In this document: positions 1-10,203 of the stretch, one piece after another
How the letters are laid out: each line of letters begins with the position of its first letter
Numbering within the stretch: the stretch's first letter is position 1
The notes under the pieces: generated by a model
Told to the model about the DNA's origin: nothing
Seen by the model: the letters and a program-made list of their open reading frames with translations, nothing else
Database searches by the model: none
IMG/VR virus record: IMGVR_UViG_3300032324_000909
Span: 76,532 to 140,531 of that record
Source of the DNA: a virus
Taxonomy: Duplodnaviria > Caudoviricetes
DNA length: 64,000 bases
Direction: 5' to 3' (one strand)
Made by a program: the position numbers and the translations under genes

Positions 1-2
1 AA

Positions 3-236
3 ATCCAAGGAAATTGGAAAGGTGATGGCATAGATGAACAATTTATTGATAAGGATGGGTCTATTTTAATTAAAATTAATTCAGAGTTTTATCGTCCAGC
101 GGAAGTTGATTTACTTTGGGGCGATTCATCAACGGCAAGAATTGAACTAGCATGGGTTCCAAAAATTTCCTTCAAAGAACTTATAAAAAGAATGGTTGAA
201 AGGGATTTAGTTATTGAAAATAGTGTAAATATGTAA
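3..236 (+). CDS. gmd: GDP-mannose 4,6-dehydratase, C-terminal part (5' end outside window)
   Basis: Frame 3 reads ...INSEFYRPAEVDLLWGDSSTARIELAWVPKISFKELIKRMVERDL..., the typical Gmd C-terminus; TAA at 234-236. Confidence 0.9.
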   Translation: MQGNWKGDGIDEQFIDKDGSILIKINSEFYRPAEVDLLWGDSSTARIELAWVPKISFKELIKRMVERDLVIENSVNM

Positions 237-250
237 CATAATCCTTATGA

Positions 251-769
251 ATGGAGAAGAAAAACTTAGCACTTGTAAATTCCGCTCACAAGATGAGCAG
301 GAAAGACTTATTACTAGATGTGCCTGTAGAGGGGGAAACTATACAGACAAAGGATTCTTCTGCGAAAAGAGGGAAATTTTCAAAATCCAAAAAGAAACCT
401 GCGAAGGCTGTTCGGAATACGAGTCTAAATAAAAGAGATTTTGTTTTAAAGTTTACTAAACCAGACGCGAGTATAGTCTGGCCAAGAGAGATGAAGATAG
501 TAAATTCTCTCCTAAAGATTTTTCCAAATGATTTATTCTGGAATTCTTTAACATTAAGATTTCAGTTAAATAGTCTTTGCTGGTTCCTTTCCGACGAAGG
601 AAGGAAAATGTTAAATACTGAATACAAAAAATTCATTTTTGAACCTGAAAAACCACAGAATTTTGTTCTGGAAAATAATAATATTGAGTTTCAGGGAAAA
701 ATAGGTGAAACTGTACAAGCACCTATGACAGTGCGAGAATTTTTAAATTTATGGCAAAAGAAGAAGTAA
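251..769 (+). CDS. hypothetical protein, basic N-terminus
   Basis: 172-aa ORF, GTGTAA motif upstream, overlaps recA start. Confidence 0.7.
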   Translation: MEKKNLALVNSAHKMSRKDLLLDVPVEGETIQTKDSSAKRGKFSKSKKKPAKAVRNTSLNKRDFVLKFTKPDASIVWPREMKIVNSLLKIFPNDLFWNSLTLRFQLNSLCWFLSDEGRKMLNTEYKKFIFEPEKPQNFVLENNNIEFQGKIGETVQAPMTVREFLNLWQKKK

Positions 770-1851
770 AATCAAACTCAAGTCAATCCGTATTAGCATC
801 CTTTCTAAAGAGCACGAAGGGCGAACACTATAACTTTGAAGACGAAAAAATTTTTAACGTATCTACAGGCTCACTCCTCTTGGATTCAGAGATGGGAGGA
901 TCGTTAGAAGTTCCAGCAATTTTACGTTTTACTGGCGTAAGTGGTGGTGGAAAAACCAGTTCCGCTCTTCTTATTATGAAGAATTTCCTAGATACGGTAC
1001 CAAAGGGTAAGGGTTTTCTAGTTAAAGCAGAAGGAAGGCTTAACTCTAATGTAAAAAATGTATCTGGAGTTAAGTTTGTAGACAAGGCCGAAGATTGGGT
1101 TGATGGAACTTGCTTCGTATTGCGTACTAATATTTATGAAAATGTTGCAAGTATTATCTTGGAATTAATTAAGAATAATCCAGACGAATCTAGATATTAT
1201 TTTTTAATTGATAGCATGGATGCGCTTATCGCTAAAAACGATGCCGCCAAGGGCTTTGAAGATAGTCAAAAAGTCGCCGCTGGAGCAGTTATTAGTTCGC
1301 ATTTTCTAAAAATGATCATGTTGCCACTATCAACTTTTGGACATGTTTGCGCGCTAATCTCACAGGTGCGTTCTAATGTTCAAATTAATCCGTACGCTAA
1401 AACAGACCCAAAACTTACAAATAGTTCTGGTGGCAATGCTCTACAGCATTATGCTGATTGGATTTTCGAGTTCCAACCTAGATATAAAGCAGACCAGATA
1501 GTTGAAGATGGAAAAATTATTGGCCATTGGGCAAAAATTCTTCTCCGAAAGACCACAAACGAGAAGGAAGGAACTGAAATATTGTACCCAATTCGCCATG
1601 GTAGAACTGGTGGAAATAGTATTTGGATAGAATATGAAGTATCCGATATGTTAATTCAATGGGGCTTTGCAAAAAAGGCTGGTGCTTGGATCAATCTTGA
1701 TTCTAAATTAATAGACGAAGTCTCAAAAGAGACTGGGCAAGCAGTACCAAGTACAATTCAAGGAATGGAAAAGTTAAGAACTTTCTTGGAAGAAAATAAA
1801 GAAATTTGTCTTTACTTATTCAATAAGTTCAAGGGCGCACTAGCAAAATAA
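751..1851 (+). CDS. recA: RecA/UvsX-like recombinase
   Basis: STGSLLLD, Walker A GVSGGGKTS, Walker B FLIDS, ISQVR, SGGNALQHYA. Confidence 0.9.
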   Translation: MAKEEVKSNSSQSVLASFLKSTKGEHYNFEDEKIFNVSTGSLLLDSEMGGSLEVPAILRFTGVSGGGKTSSALLIMKNFLDTVPKGKGFLVKAEGRLNSNVKNVSGVKFVDKAEDWVDGTCFVLRTNIYENVASIILELIKNNPDESRYYFLIDSMDALIAKNDAAKGFEDSQKVAAGAVISSHFLKMIMLPLSTFGHVCALISQVRSNVQINPYAKTDPKLTNSSGGNALQHYADWIFEFQPRYKADQIVEDGKIIGHWAKILLRKTTNEKEGTEILYPIRHGRTGGNSIWIEYEVSDMLIQWGFAKKAGAWINLDSKLIDEVSKETGQAVPSTIQGMEKLRTFLEENKEICLYLFNKFKGALAK

Positions 1852-2795
1852 TGTCCCAAGAAACGGTATCTATTCGTTTAGAAGGCGGCATCGGTGATCA
1901 TCTATTAGCCAATAGGTTCATCGGTGCTATAAAAGAAAAGCACCCTAATGCTCAATTAAATTTCTATTCAGATACTGAAAATAACGACAAACAGATAAAT
2001 TTGCTTAAGTATGCTTGGCCAAGTATTTATACAAATAATAATTGCAAAGTAATTGAAAGTAGAAAAAGTAAAGATTTTAAAGTAAAAAGTCAGTTTGGAG
2101 AAGAGGTTTATAACTGCCATCTAGATAATCTACCAGATCAATATATTAAACTATTTAACGACTCAGATTACTTCTATAATCTATGTATAGACAACCTTGA
2201 CTGGCTAAATTATAGTTTTGATTGGAAACGATATTTTTATTTCTTTCCAAGACCAGAGATAAATAATCAGTTGTCTGATATTAAAGATAGTTATATTCTT
2301 ACACATCTTTACCCAAGGCCCAACTCTGATCATAATGTTGAACAGTGGTATGTTATAGCACTGCTTAAAAAGCTATTAGCGTCTGGTAAGCAGGTTGTTT
2401 CGGTGTGCCAAACCGAATATATGGATTTTTATAAAGAAATCTCAGATCTTCAATATCCAAACTTTACTTTGACAGACTGCTCACTAGAAGATTTTTTTGC
2501 ATTAAGCGAGGCATGTTCCGCCTTTATTGGCGTAGACTCTGGATTGAGATATTTCCCACTACACTATGGAAAACCTACCTATGTATTTTCAAAATATTGC
2601 AAAGAACCCCTTCAGGCATGGCCATCCCATGTGCTTCGATGGCTAGTGTTCGAAAAGTATGTTTTTCCAATGCATTATGACATCAATACGGTTTGCAATG
2701 TACTGATTAACTCTACTTCCCATCCAGCATGTAGCCTATTCCCAAACCTTGGAGATAAAATAGAAAATAGCATTATACAAAGATTTTATAAATAA
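1851..2795 (+). CDS. GT9-like (heptosyltransferase-type GT-B) glycosyltransferase
   Basis: N-terminal GGIGDHL and C-terminal FIGVDSGLRY motifs. Confidence 0.75.
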   Translation: MSQETVSIRLEGGIGDHLLANRFIGAIKEKHPNAQLNFYSDTENNDKQINLLKYAWPSIYTNNNCKVIESRKSKDFKVKSQFGEEVYNCHLDNLPDQYIKLFNDSDYFYNLCIDNLDWLNYSFDWKRYFYFFPRPEINNQLSDIKDSYILTHLYPRPNSDHNVEQWYVIALLKKLLASGKQVVSVCQTEYMDFYKEISDLQYPNFTLTDCSLEDFFALSEACSAFIGVDSGLRYFPLHYGKPTYVFSKYCKEPLQAWPSHVLRWLVFEKYVFPMHYDINTVCNVLINSTSHPACSLFPNLGDKIENSIIQRFYK

Positions 2796-2807
2796 ATTAG
2801 AAAAAAT

Positions 2808-3614
2808 ATGATCATAGACTGTTTTACATTTTTTAATGAATTAGATATATTAGAAATAAGGTTAGAAGAACTTTACAATACGGTTGATTATTTTGTTTTA
2901 GTAGAGGCATCGAAAACACAAAGCCTTTTACCTAAAAAATATTATTTTGAAGAAAATAAGGAAAGATATAAAAAATATCTAGATAAAATTATTCATGTAA
3001 AAGTAGATGACTGTCCAGACAATTCTTCTGATTTATGGACTATGGAGAATTTTCAAAGAAATGCTATAGTTAGAGGTATAAATCAAATATCTAATATATC
3101 AGATAATGATGTAATATTAATATCAGATTTAGATGAAATTCCAAATCACAAAATTTTAAAGCAAATTGATTCCATAGAAGAAGAAGCTTTTTCGTTTGAA
3201 ATGTTATTTTGTGCATATTATTTGAACCTAATAGCCGCACACAGACAGTGGATTGGAACAGTTGCTTGTAAATATAAAATTTTTAAAAACCTTATTCCAC
3301 AGCACCTTAGGAATGTCAAAGACCAATTACCTTGCATACGCAATGCTGGTTGGCACTTTAGCTGGATGGGTGGTTATGAAAAAATTTATGAAAAATCCCT
3401 ATCCTGTATAGAACCATTTAATAAGAAAGAATTACCCTCAAAAGAAGAATTTAAAAAGCATTTTGAAAACTTTGCGATAAATGATAACAAGTTTTTTATT
3501 CATTTGGAAAATTTATCTAAAAAAGAAACAGAATTTAAAAAAATACAGATAAATGAAATATTTCCTATCTTTGTAATCGAAAATCAAACCAAATTATCTG
3601 AATTCATAATATGA
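2808..3614 (+). CDS. GT17-family glycosyltransferase (N-acetylglucosaminyltransferase-like)
   Basis: IIDCFTFFNELDILEIRL, ENFQRN, ISDLDEIP, GWHFSW. Confidence 0.88.
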   Translation: MIIDCFTFFNELDILEIRLEELYNTVDYFVLVEASKTQSLLPKKYYFEENKERYKKYLDKIIHVKVDDCPDNSSDLWTMENFQRNAIVRGINQISNISDNDVILISDLDEIPNHKILKQIDSIEEEAFSFEMLFCAYYLNLIAAHRQWIGTVACKYKIFKNLIPQHLRNVKDQLPCIRNAGWHFSWMGGYEKIYEKSLSCIEPFNKKELPSKEEFKKHFENFAINDNKFFIHLENLSKKETEFKKIQINEIFPIFVIENQTKLSEFII

Positions 3615-3642
3615 ACCAAGAGATAATAAGCTTAACATTAAT

Positions 3643-4494
3643 ATGAAAATATGGGGAACAAGATTTAGTCTAATAGGTGATATCGTAATGTCCTTGCCAA
3701 TTTTAGAACATTTAAAAGATATTTACAGTACATATTATTGTTATTTTAGTATAGCGCAAAAATGCAAGCAATCTTTACCTATATTTATTAATCAACCCCT
3801 CATCAATGAAATAAAAATAAGTGATTTACCAGAAGAACTGGGAGACTTAGATAATGCCATTATATCTAAATGTGATATAGTATTAAATGTAAAGCCACAA
3901 CACCCAAACGAACAAGATTGGTATAACTATAGATCCTGCGTAGAAGAAACCGCATTAATGGCCGGATTTGACCCCTACAAATTTACAGGCAAGGTTCCAA
4001 AATTATTACAATACTGGCCAGACGACCATAAAATAAACACAAGCTCAAAAAATATAGTTATATGGCCATTTGCTGGTTATGGCCAAGGCATTGCCAGAAG
4101 CCCGTCGCTAGAATGGTGGAAAAAATGTTTAGAAATATTGATAAACGATTTTGGCTATAAAATTATTCACGCCGGGGTAGATTCCGAACCAGATATTATA
4201 AACCATCAAAACTATAAAAGAATTACTCAAATGTCATTTTTCGATCAGATTAAAGAATCTCTAAAAGCAGACCTCGCCATAGGTACAGACTCTGGATCCA
4301 TGTGGGTTATAGGAGCATACTCTAAAATTCCACAAATTAATTTAATTACTAACTGGTTACCAAATCACCATACAAACTTATTATCATTAGCGCCAACTGG
4401 AGATAAGACAATAAATCTTTTTGCACAAGATGGGTGTGATAATATCTCTATAAATGATTTAATTAATAAAATAAATGAAAATATTTGCATATAA
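3643..4494 (+). CDS. GT9-like glycosyltransferase
   Basis: LIGDIVMSLP and IGTDSGSMW motifs. Confidence 0.78.
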   Translation: MKIWGTRFSLIGDIVMSLPILEHLKDIYSTYYCYFSIAQKCKQSLPIFINQPLINEIKISDLPEELGDLDNAIISKCDIVLNVKPQHPNEQDWYNYRSCVEETALMAGFDPYKFTGKVPKLLQYWPDDHKINTSSKNIVIWPFAGYGQGIARSPSLEWWKKCLEILINDFGYKIIHAGVDSEPDIINHQNYKRITQMSFFDQIKESLKADLAIGTDSGSMWVIGAYSKIPQINLITNWLPNHHTNLLSLAPTGDKTINLFAQDGCDNISINDLINKINENICI

Positions 4495-5497
4495 TGATAA
4501 ACTAAACGTACCAACAGAGTTCGGCTCTTTTACGGTCGTTGCCAGAAAATTAAACGAGCAATTTAAAAAAATTAATGTATTAGGTAATATAGAAGATCCC
4601 GAAACCTTTGTTATTTATCCAGAAGTTTTCGATACAGCGCAAAGATGGCAGAGACAAATTCCATTATTAGCATGTGAATATAGTTTAATGCCACAAATTG
4701 TATTACAAAAATTAAATTCATATAATCCAAAAGTACTTGCTATTAGCGATTTTGCTAAAAATAATATAATTAACTCTGGATATACTAACGTAGAGACAGT
4801 CCTATTGGGAAGCGATCCAATTCTATGGCGACCCATGGATATAAAAAAATTTGACACATTTACATACCTAACCGTAAACAGTAGCAATGAAAGAAGTGGA
4901 TTTGAAAAGCTTATTCCAGCATTTATAGAGTTTAGTAAAGATAAAAATGTAAACCTAATAATCAAGGATGGTAACAATCCAGAATTTAAAGAATATATAA
5001 AGTCACTGAATAATCCCAAAATTATCTATATGGACACGATAATGTCACAAGAAGAACTTTGCGAATTATATAATAAATCACACTTGTTTATTTACGCCAA
5101 TAATACCACATCATTTGGCATGAATATCTTGGACTCCGTACTGTGTGGCATTCCCGTTATAGCAACATTCGGATCAGCCGTAAAAGAGTTTTTACCAGAA
5201 TGGACACAACCATATAAAATTAAAACCGAAATCAAACATTTAAACTCTCAGTCTATTAAAAACTGGACAGATATTGGAATTAGATGTTTTCCCGAAACAT
5301 TTCTTAATCTTTTTGCAGGAGACATTTATGGAGAAAGGGTAATACAGGAAGATATTCTTAATGCTCTGGATTTTTCTTTTATAAATTATGATATGTATAC
5401 TATAATATCCAAACAGCATAGAGAGTTTATTTTGGCCAACTATACTTGGGAAATATGCGCTAAAAATATTATTCAAAAGCTACAAAATCATGATTAA
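4475..5497 (+). CDS. GT4-like glycosyltransferase
   Basis: ERSGFEKLIPAF, LYNKSHLF, SFGMNILDSVLCGIPVI. Confidence 0.8.
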   Translation: MKIFAYNDKLNVPTEFGSFTVVARKLNEQFKKINVLGNIEDPETFVIYPEVFDTAQRWQRQIPLLACEYSLMPQIVLQKLNSYNPKVLAISDFAKNNIINSGYTNVETVLLGSDPILWRPMDIKKFDTFTYLTVNSSNERSGFEKLIPAFIEFSKDKNVNLIIKDGNNPEFKEYIKSLNNPKIIYMDTIMSQEELCELYNKSHLFIYANNTTSFGMNILDSVLCGIPVIATFGSAVKEFLPEWTQPYKIKTEIKHLNSQSIKNWTDIGIRCFPETFLNLFAGDIYGERVIQEDILNALDFSFINYDMYTIISKQHREFILANYTWEICAKNIIQKLQNHD

Positions 5498-5834
5498 TTT
5501 ACAAGTAGACGAGGCATACGCATTTGATTACCTAACTATTTTAGAGGTAAAAAAAGACTTGTTTCCAGATAGTCCTAAAATAATAGGATATGAAAACTGT
5601 TATAAGTTTTTATCAGATCAACTCCATAATTTTAATGATATAGTTAATTCAAAAGAATACCGCAGTTTATACGAATCAAATAAAATTACCTTTGACTTAG
5701 TAGATAAAGCTAGAAATAATTTAAACGTAACAGCAAAAGAAGTAGATGATGCAAACATGGATAGATTTTATTGTAAACAAGCGCTACAGAAAGCTTTTTT
5801 TTCTACGGCTTTAGTTGAATCCAAAATAGTATAA
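5490..5834 (+). CDS. hypothetical protein in glycosylation cluster
   Basis: 114-aa ORF (FDYLTILEVKK) coupled to neighbours. Confidence 0.7.
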   Translation: MINLQVDEAYAFDYLTILEVKKDLFPDSPKIIGYENCYKFLSDQLHNFNDIVNSKEYRSLYESNKITFDLVDKARNNLNVTAKEVDDANMDRFYCKQALQKAFFSTALVESKIV

Positions 5835-5836
5835 AT

Positions 5837-6493
5837 ATGAATATTGAAGAACACTGTTATAACAATTTCGTTAAAAATGGAGACATTGCCTATGATATTG
5901 GGGCACATATTGGTTCAGTGTCTAATCGACTTATTAGTATTGGGGCGAGCAAGGTATTAGCGTTTGAGCCATGCGAAGCAAATTTTATTGATCTAAAAAA
6001 CAATACAAAAGGAAACAATGTTGAATGCTATAACATAGCTTTTCACGATAGAGAATATACATGTAAAACAAAATTTAGAGACTGCAGACAGGGTGTCCCA
6101 TTAGACATGGAGCAAGAAATTAAGTATGTTAAATTTGATAATTTTATTCTATCCAATAATTTAGATTTACCACAATTTGTTAAAATAGACATAGAAGGTA
6201 TGGAAAGTCTTATATATAAGAATATGGAGTTTTTGTTTACAAGTAGTCGTCCAGTAATTTTTACAGAGTTTCATGTACCAGAAATAGGAAATACAGCACA
6301 AGATTACGAAGATAATCCCCACTGGAGGAGGCCAGAGCAAGGAGGGTATAACTTTAATAATCTTCGAGACAACAATTATTCCTTTATAGACAAAACACTA
6401 AAATTAACAACGGATGGAGAATATAATCCCACAGCAGGACACTTTGGAAGAATTTTCATTCCAAACGAAAAGATATCTATCTATATAAATTAA
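5837..6493 (+). CDS. FkbM-family SAM-dependent methyltransferase
   Basis: YDIGAHIG, AFEP, VKIDIEGME. Confidence 0.88.
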   Translation: MNIEEHCYNNFVKNGDIAYDIGAHIGSVSNRLISIGASKVLAFEPCEANFIDLKNNTKGNNVECYNIAFHDREYTCKTKFRDCRQGVPLDMEQEIKYVKFDNFILSNNLDLPQFVKIDIEGMESLIYKNMEFLFTSSRPVIFTEFHVPEIGNTAQDYEDNPHWRRPEQGGYNFNNLRDNNYSFIDKTLKLTTDGEYNPTAGHFGRIFIPNEKISIYIN

Positions 6494-6497
6494 AAAC

Positions 6498-7664
6498 ATG
6501 AAATGGCTTCTGAACATTAATAACTTTTCTTTTTTAGAAAAACTCAAGATTTGTCTTTTTCTTTTAAATCCTGAAAATCGATGGACGCAAGACAAGCAAG
6601 TTAAATCTTTTGAGAAAAAGTTTGCCGAGTTTGTGGGATGTAAATATGCCGTGTACGTTTCAAGCGGTTCCACTGCAAACATTCTAATTGCACAATATCA
6701 TAAGAGCATACAAAAGAATAAAAATAAGAATATAGTAGTATTACCATCTACTACATGGCAAACATCTTGCGCACCTTGGATACAAGCTGGATTTGATCCA
6801 CACTTTATAGATATTTCCTTAGAGGACTTTAGCATAGATAAAGAGAAACTAACAAATTTTGTAAAAAACAATAAAAGTAAAATTGCCTGCATTTTCCCAA
6901 CTTCCCTAATCGGCTACGTTCCAGACATGGAATACTACAAAGAATTACAAAATAAATATAAAGTTTCGATAGCATTTGATAATTGCGAAAACACTCTTGG
7001 CAAATTCAACGGCAAAAATGTATCTTCATTCTTTACTTCATCTACTTCTACATATTTCGGTCACCAATTGCAATCTATTGAAGGTGGGTTCATATTTACA
7101 AACTCTGAAGATGAGTACAATTATTTCTTAATGGCCAGAAACCACGGCATGACAAGAAGTCTTACCGTATATGGTATTGATAATTCCAAATTTGTTAACA
7201 ATAAAGTAGATTCACTTTTCGATTTTAACATGCTGGGGTATAATTTTAGAAATACGGATCTAAATGCATTTATTGGTCAAATAGATCTTGCTAAAGCATC
7301 GTTTTATACAGAAAAAAGAAAATCACTTTACTCCCTATATAAACTGAACAACGAAAAATTCTTTCTTCCAGAAATTTCAGAAGACAAAGAAAACGTCCCC
7401 TTTTGTTTGCCAGTAATAGTAAAAAATTCAAATAAAGAATTATTTAAAAAAGCACTAGAATTATGTAAAGAACAGGGCATAGAGTATAGGCCAATTATTT
7501 CTGGATACCTAGGCTACCAAACATGCTATAAAAAATATTTCAAATCTTCAAAACAGTATCCAAACTCTGTTGATATACACAACTATGGATTTTATATTGG
7601 ACTACATTCTGGCGTAAAAGAAAAACAGATAATTAATCTTGTAAAAGAATTAAATAATTTGTAA
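6498..7664 (+). CDS. DegT/DnrJ-family PLP enzyme, ColD/E1-like 3-dehydratase
   Basis: VSSGSTAN, DNCE, TYFGHQLQSIEGG with His at the Schiff-base Lys position, RNHG, GYNFR. Confidence 0.82.
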   Translation: MKWLLNINNFSFLEKLKICLFLLNPENRWTQDKQVKSFEKKFAEFVGCKYAVYVSSGSTANILIAQYHKSIQKNKNKNIVVLPSTTWQTSCAPWIQAGFDPHFIDISLEDFSIDKEKLTNFVKNNKSKIACIFPTSLIGYVPDMEYYKELQNKYKVSIAFDNCENTLGKFNGKNVSSFFTSSTSTYFGHQLQSIEGGFIFTNSEDEYNYFLMARNHGMTRSLTVYGIDNSKFVNNKVDSLFDFNMLGYNFRNTDLNAFIGQIDLAKASFYTEKRKSLYSLYKLNNEKFFLPEISEDKENVPFCLPVIVKNSNKELFKKALELCKEQGIEYRPIISGYLGYQTCYKKYFKSSKQYPNSVDIHNYGFYIGLHSGVKEKQIINLVKELNNL

Positions 7665-7675
7665 ACTTATTTTAA

Positions 7676-8092
7676 GTGAAATTTAAGAACTTATATGGTA
7701 AATATGTAAATAAAAACATAACCCCATATTTAGCAGAATGGAATAAGCCCTGTAGAAGTAAGGCCCAAACCAATGTTAAAAAATTCTTTGAACTGTATTG
7801 GAACACTCACATAGTGTGCGAGGAATTTCCAGTTTTAGGCAGTAGAATGAAATGTGACCTCTTAAACCTAACCAAGAAAATTGCCGTAGAAACCCACGGA
7901 CAACAGCACGATAAATTCGTACCCTTCTTCCATAAGAACCGTACGGCATTTAAAAAATCATTTAAAAGAGATCTGCAAAAGTACAACTGGCTTGAAGAAA
8001 ATGGATTTAAGGTTATAGAGATATTTGACCACGAAATCAAAGACCTCACAGTAGAATGGTTTAAGGAAAAGTTTGATATAGAAATAATTTAA
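7676..8092 (+). CDS. Vsr/DUF559-like PD-(D/E)XK endonuclease
   Basis: EEFPV...CDL...AVETHGQQH...RDLQK...NGFKVIEI. Confidence 0.75.
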   Translation: MKFKNLYGKYVNKNITPYLAEWNKPCRSKAQTNVKKFFELYWNTHIVCEEFPVLGSRMKCDLLNLTKKIAVETHGQQHDKFVPFFHKNRTAFKKSFKRDLQKYNWLEENGFKVIEIFDHEIKDLTVEWFKEKFDIEII

Positions 8093-8126
8093 TTTACTTC
8101 TCGATAAAGATATCATATCTTTAGAT

Positions 8127-8735
8127 ATGAGTATTTTTTATATAGGCATTGGAGGGGTCGCTAGATCCGGAAAAGATAGTTTCGCCAATAATCTTTTAGA
8201 AATTTTAAAACAAAATAATTTTAAAGTAATTAAAAGCTCTTTGGCCGAACCGTTAAAGCATGATTGTAAGGAGTTTATATCATCCAAACTTAATCTTGAC
8301 GTTTGGACTGACAAGACAGAAGAAAAGGCTATTTTTAGAGAAATGCTAGTTTGGTATGGTAAAGTAAAAAGACAGCAATCAGAAGGAAAGTATTGGACTA
8401 ACCTTCTCACTAAAAAGGTAGAAATAGAGTCTCCAGAAATTTGCATAGTTCCAGATGTTAGATACCTACAATATCCAGAAGACGAAGTTTTTTGGCTTAA
8501 AGAAAAAATGAAAGGTATTCTAATCCATATAGAAAGAAAGGACATTAATGGCGATATTGTTCCACCAGCAAATATGGACGAATCAATTAATGATAAATTA
8601 ATTAAAGATAGCGCAGATTACTCTGTAGTTTGGCCAACATATGCTCCGGAAGATCTTTCTGATCTTGCAAATGATGTAAAAAAGGTTTACCATGAATTTA
8701 TAGAACAAAAAATATATGCAGCAAAAAATTCGTAG
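8127..8735 (+). CDS. deoxynucleoside monophosphate kinase
   Basis: GVARSGKDS, LAEPLK, PDVRY..E. Confidence 0.8.
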   Translation: MSIFYIGIGGVARSGKDSFANNLLEILKQNNFKVIKSSLAEPLKHDCKEFISSKLNLDVWTDKTEEKAIFREMLVWYGKVKRQQSEGKYWTNLLTKKVEIESPEICIVPDVRYLQYPEDEVFWLKEKMKGILIHIERKDINGDIVPPANMDESINDKLIKDSADYSVVWPTYAPEDLSDLANDVKKVYHEFIEQKIYAAKNS

Positions 8736-10203
8736 CGTTAACGTAGAAAAACATGTACTTGCGGGATTCATAAAACATCCAAAAGTATATCATGACGTTT
8801 CTCATTTTATCAATGAGCAAGACTTTACGAATGGGCACAAGACTATTTTTAATGTCATAAAAAACCAAATAATGCATAACCATCCTTTGGATGCAGTTAT
8901 TCTTTCGGAGAAGATAAAGAATTTAGGGATTACATTTAATAAACAGGATTTTAATGTTTTTGATTACATCGAGGGCTTAACTTTCATCAAGATAAGCGAA
9001 AAATCTCTTCTTGAGGCCTGTAAAGAACTGAAAACAGTTACTATTCGCAGGGAACTATTTGACACCTGTTCCCAAATTCAAGACTCAATGTTGAACTCTG
9101 GAGATCAAAATCCAGATCAAATTATTAGTCTTGCCGATAAGATGTATAATGACAAGATTAGCGCGTATGATTTAGATGTAAAACCAGAGGATTTGTTTGC
9201 CAATATAGAACAATTAATTGAAGAGAGGGCCAATGCGCCAGTTGCGGAACTTGGTTATATGACACCATATAAACATTTTAATCAAATGTATGGTGGACTG
9301 AGGCCCGGTGAATTATATGCTTGGGTATCTAGGCCAAAGCATGGTAAAAGTACTATTCTTAATGATATAGCAACTAAATCTACTATTATCAATCCTAATA
9401 TGCGAGCACTTATCCTTGATACGGAAATGCAAACTAACGTAATGAAATTTCGTATCGCTAGTAGCATAACAGGTATTCCGATGTGGTATTTGGAAACTGG
9501 TAACTTTAAAAATAATAAAGAATTATTGGCCAGATGGAATAGCAAGAAAACAGAACTCTCGCTAATTCAAGGCAGGGTTAATCATATGCAGGTAGCTGGA
9601 AAACCAGTTCAAGAAATTGAATCTATTATTCAGAGATGGTATTTAAGTGAAGTTGGTCGTGGTAATCCAGCTATGGTTGTTTACGATTACATCAAGCTTA
9701 CTGGCGAAACTGGCGATAAAAATAAACAGGAATATCAGTTAATTGGCGACAAGGTTGACTCGCTGAAGAATCTTTCTGTTAGATTGAATATACCACTATT
9801 AACAGCATGTCAGCTAAATAGAAGTGCGGAAAATGGCGCTGATGATAGTTCAGCAATCTCGCAGAGTGATCGTCTACAGTGGTTTGCAGCATACGTCGGT
9901 ATCTTTAGAAGAAAGACTCTAGAGGAACAGGCTGAAGATGGAATTCAATATGGAACACATAAGATGATCGAACTTGCAGCCAGATATCAAGGTAAAAATG
10001 CTCATGGGCATAATGATTTAATTAAAGTTAAAGATGGCAATCAATTCAAATATAAAAAGAACTTTATTTCGTTTAATGTAAATAATTTCGATGTTCAGGA
10101 AAAGGGAACGTTGCAGGATATTGTTGACTCAAAATCTGGCGTAAAGGTTGATATATTTGATAGAGATTACAAGGAAGAACAAGATGGCGAAGAGTTGCTA
10201 TGA
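8716..10203 (+). CDS. dnaB: replicative DNA helicase
   Basis: SRPKHGKS, DTEM, VYDYIKL, ACQLNR. Confidence 0.9.
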   Translation: MQQKIRSVNVEKHVLAGFIKHPKVYHDVSHFINEQDFTNGHKTIFNVIKNQIMHNHPLDAVILSEKIKNLGITFNKQDFNVFDYIEGLTFIKISEKSLLEACKELKTVTIRRELFDTCSQIQDSMLNSGDQNPDQIISLADKMYNDKISAYDLDVKPEDLFANIEQLIEERANAPVAELGYMTPYKHFNQMYGGLRPGELYAWVSRPKHGKSTILNDIATKSTIINPNMRALILDTEMQTNVMKFRIASSITGIPMWYLETGNFKNNKELLARWNSKKTELSLIQGRVNHMQVAGKPVQEIESIIQRWYLSEVGRGNPAMVVYDYIKLTGETGDKNKQEYQLIGDKVDSLKNLSVRLNIPLLTACQLNRSAENGADDSSAISQSDRLQWFAAYVGIFRRKTLEEQAEDGIQYGTHKMIELAARYQGKNAHGHNDLIKVKDGNQFKYKKNFISFNVNNFDVQEKGTLQDIVDSKSGVKVDIFDRDYKEEQDGEELL

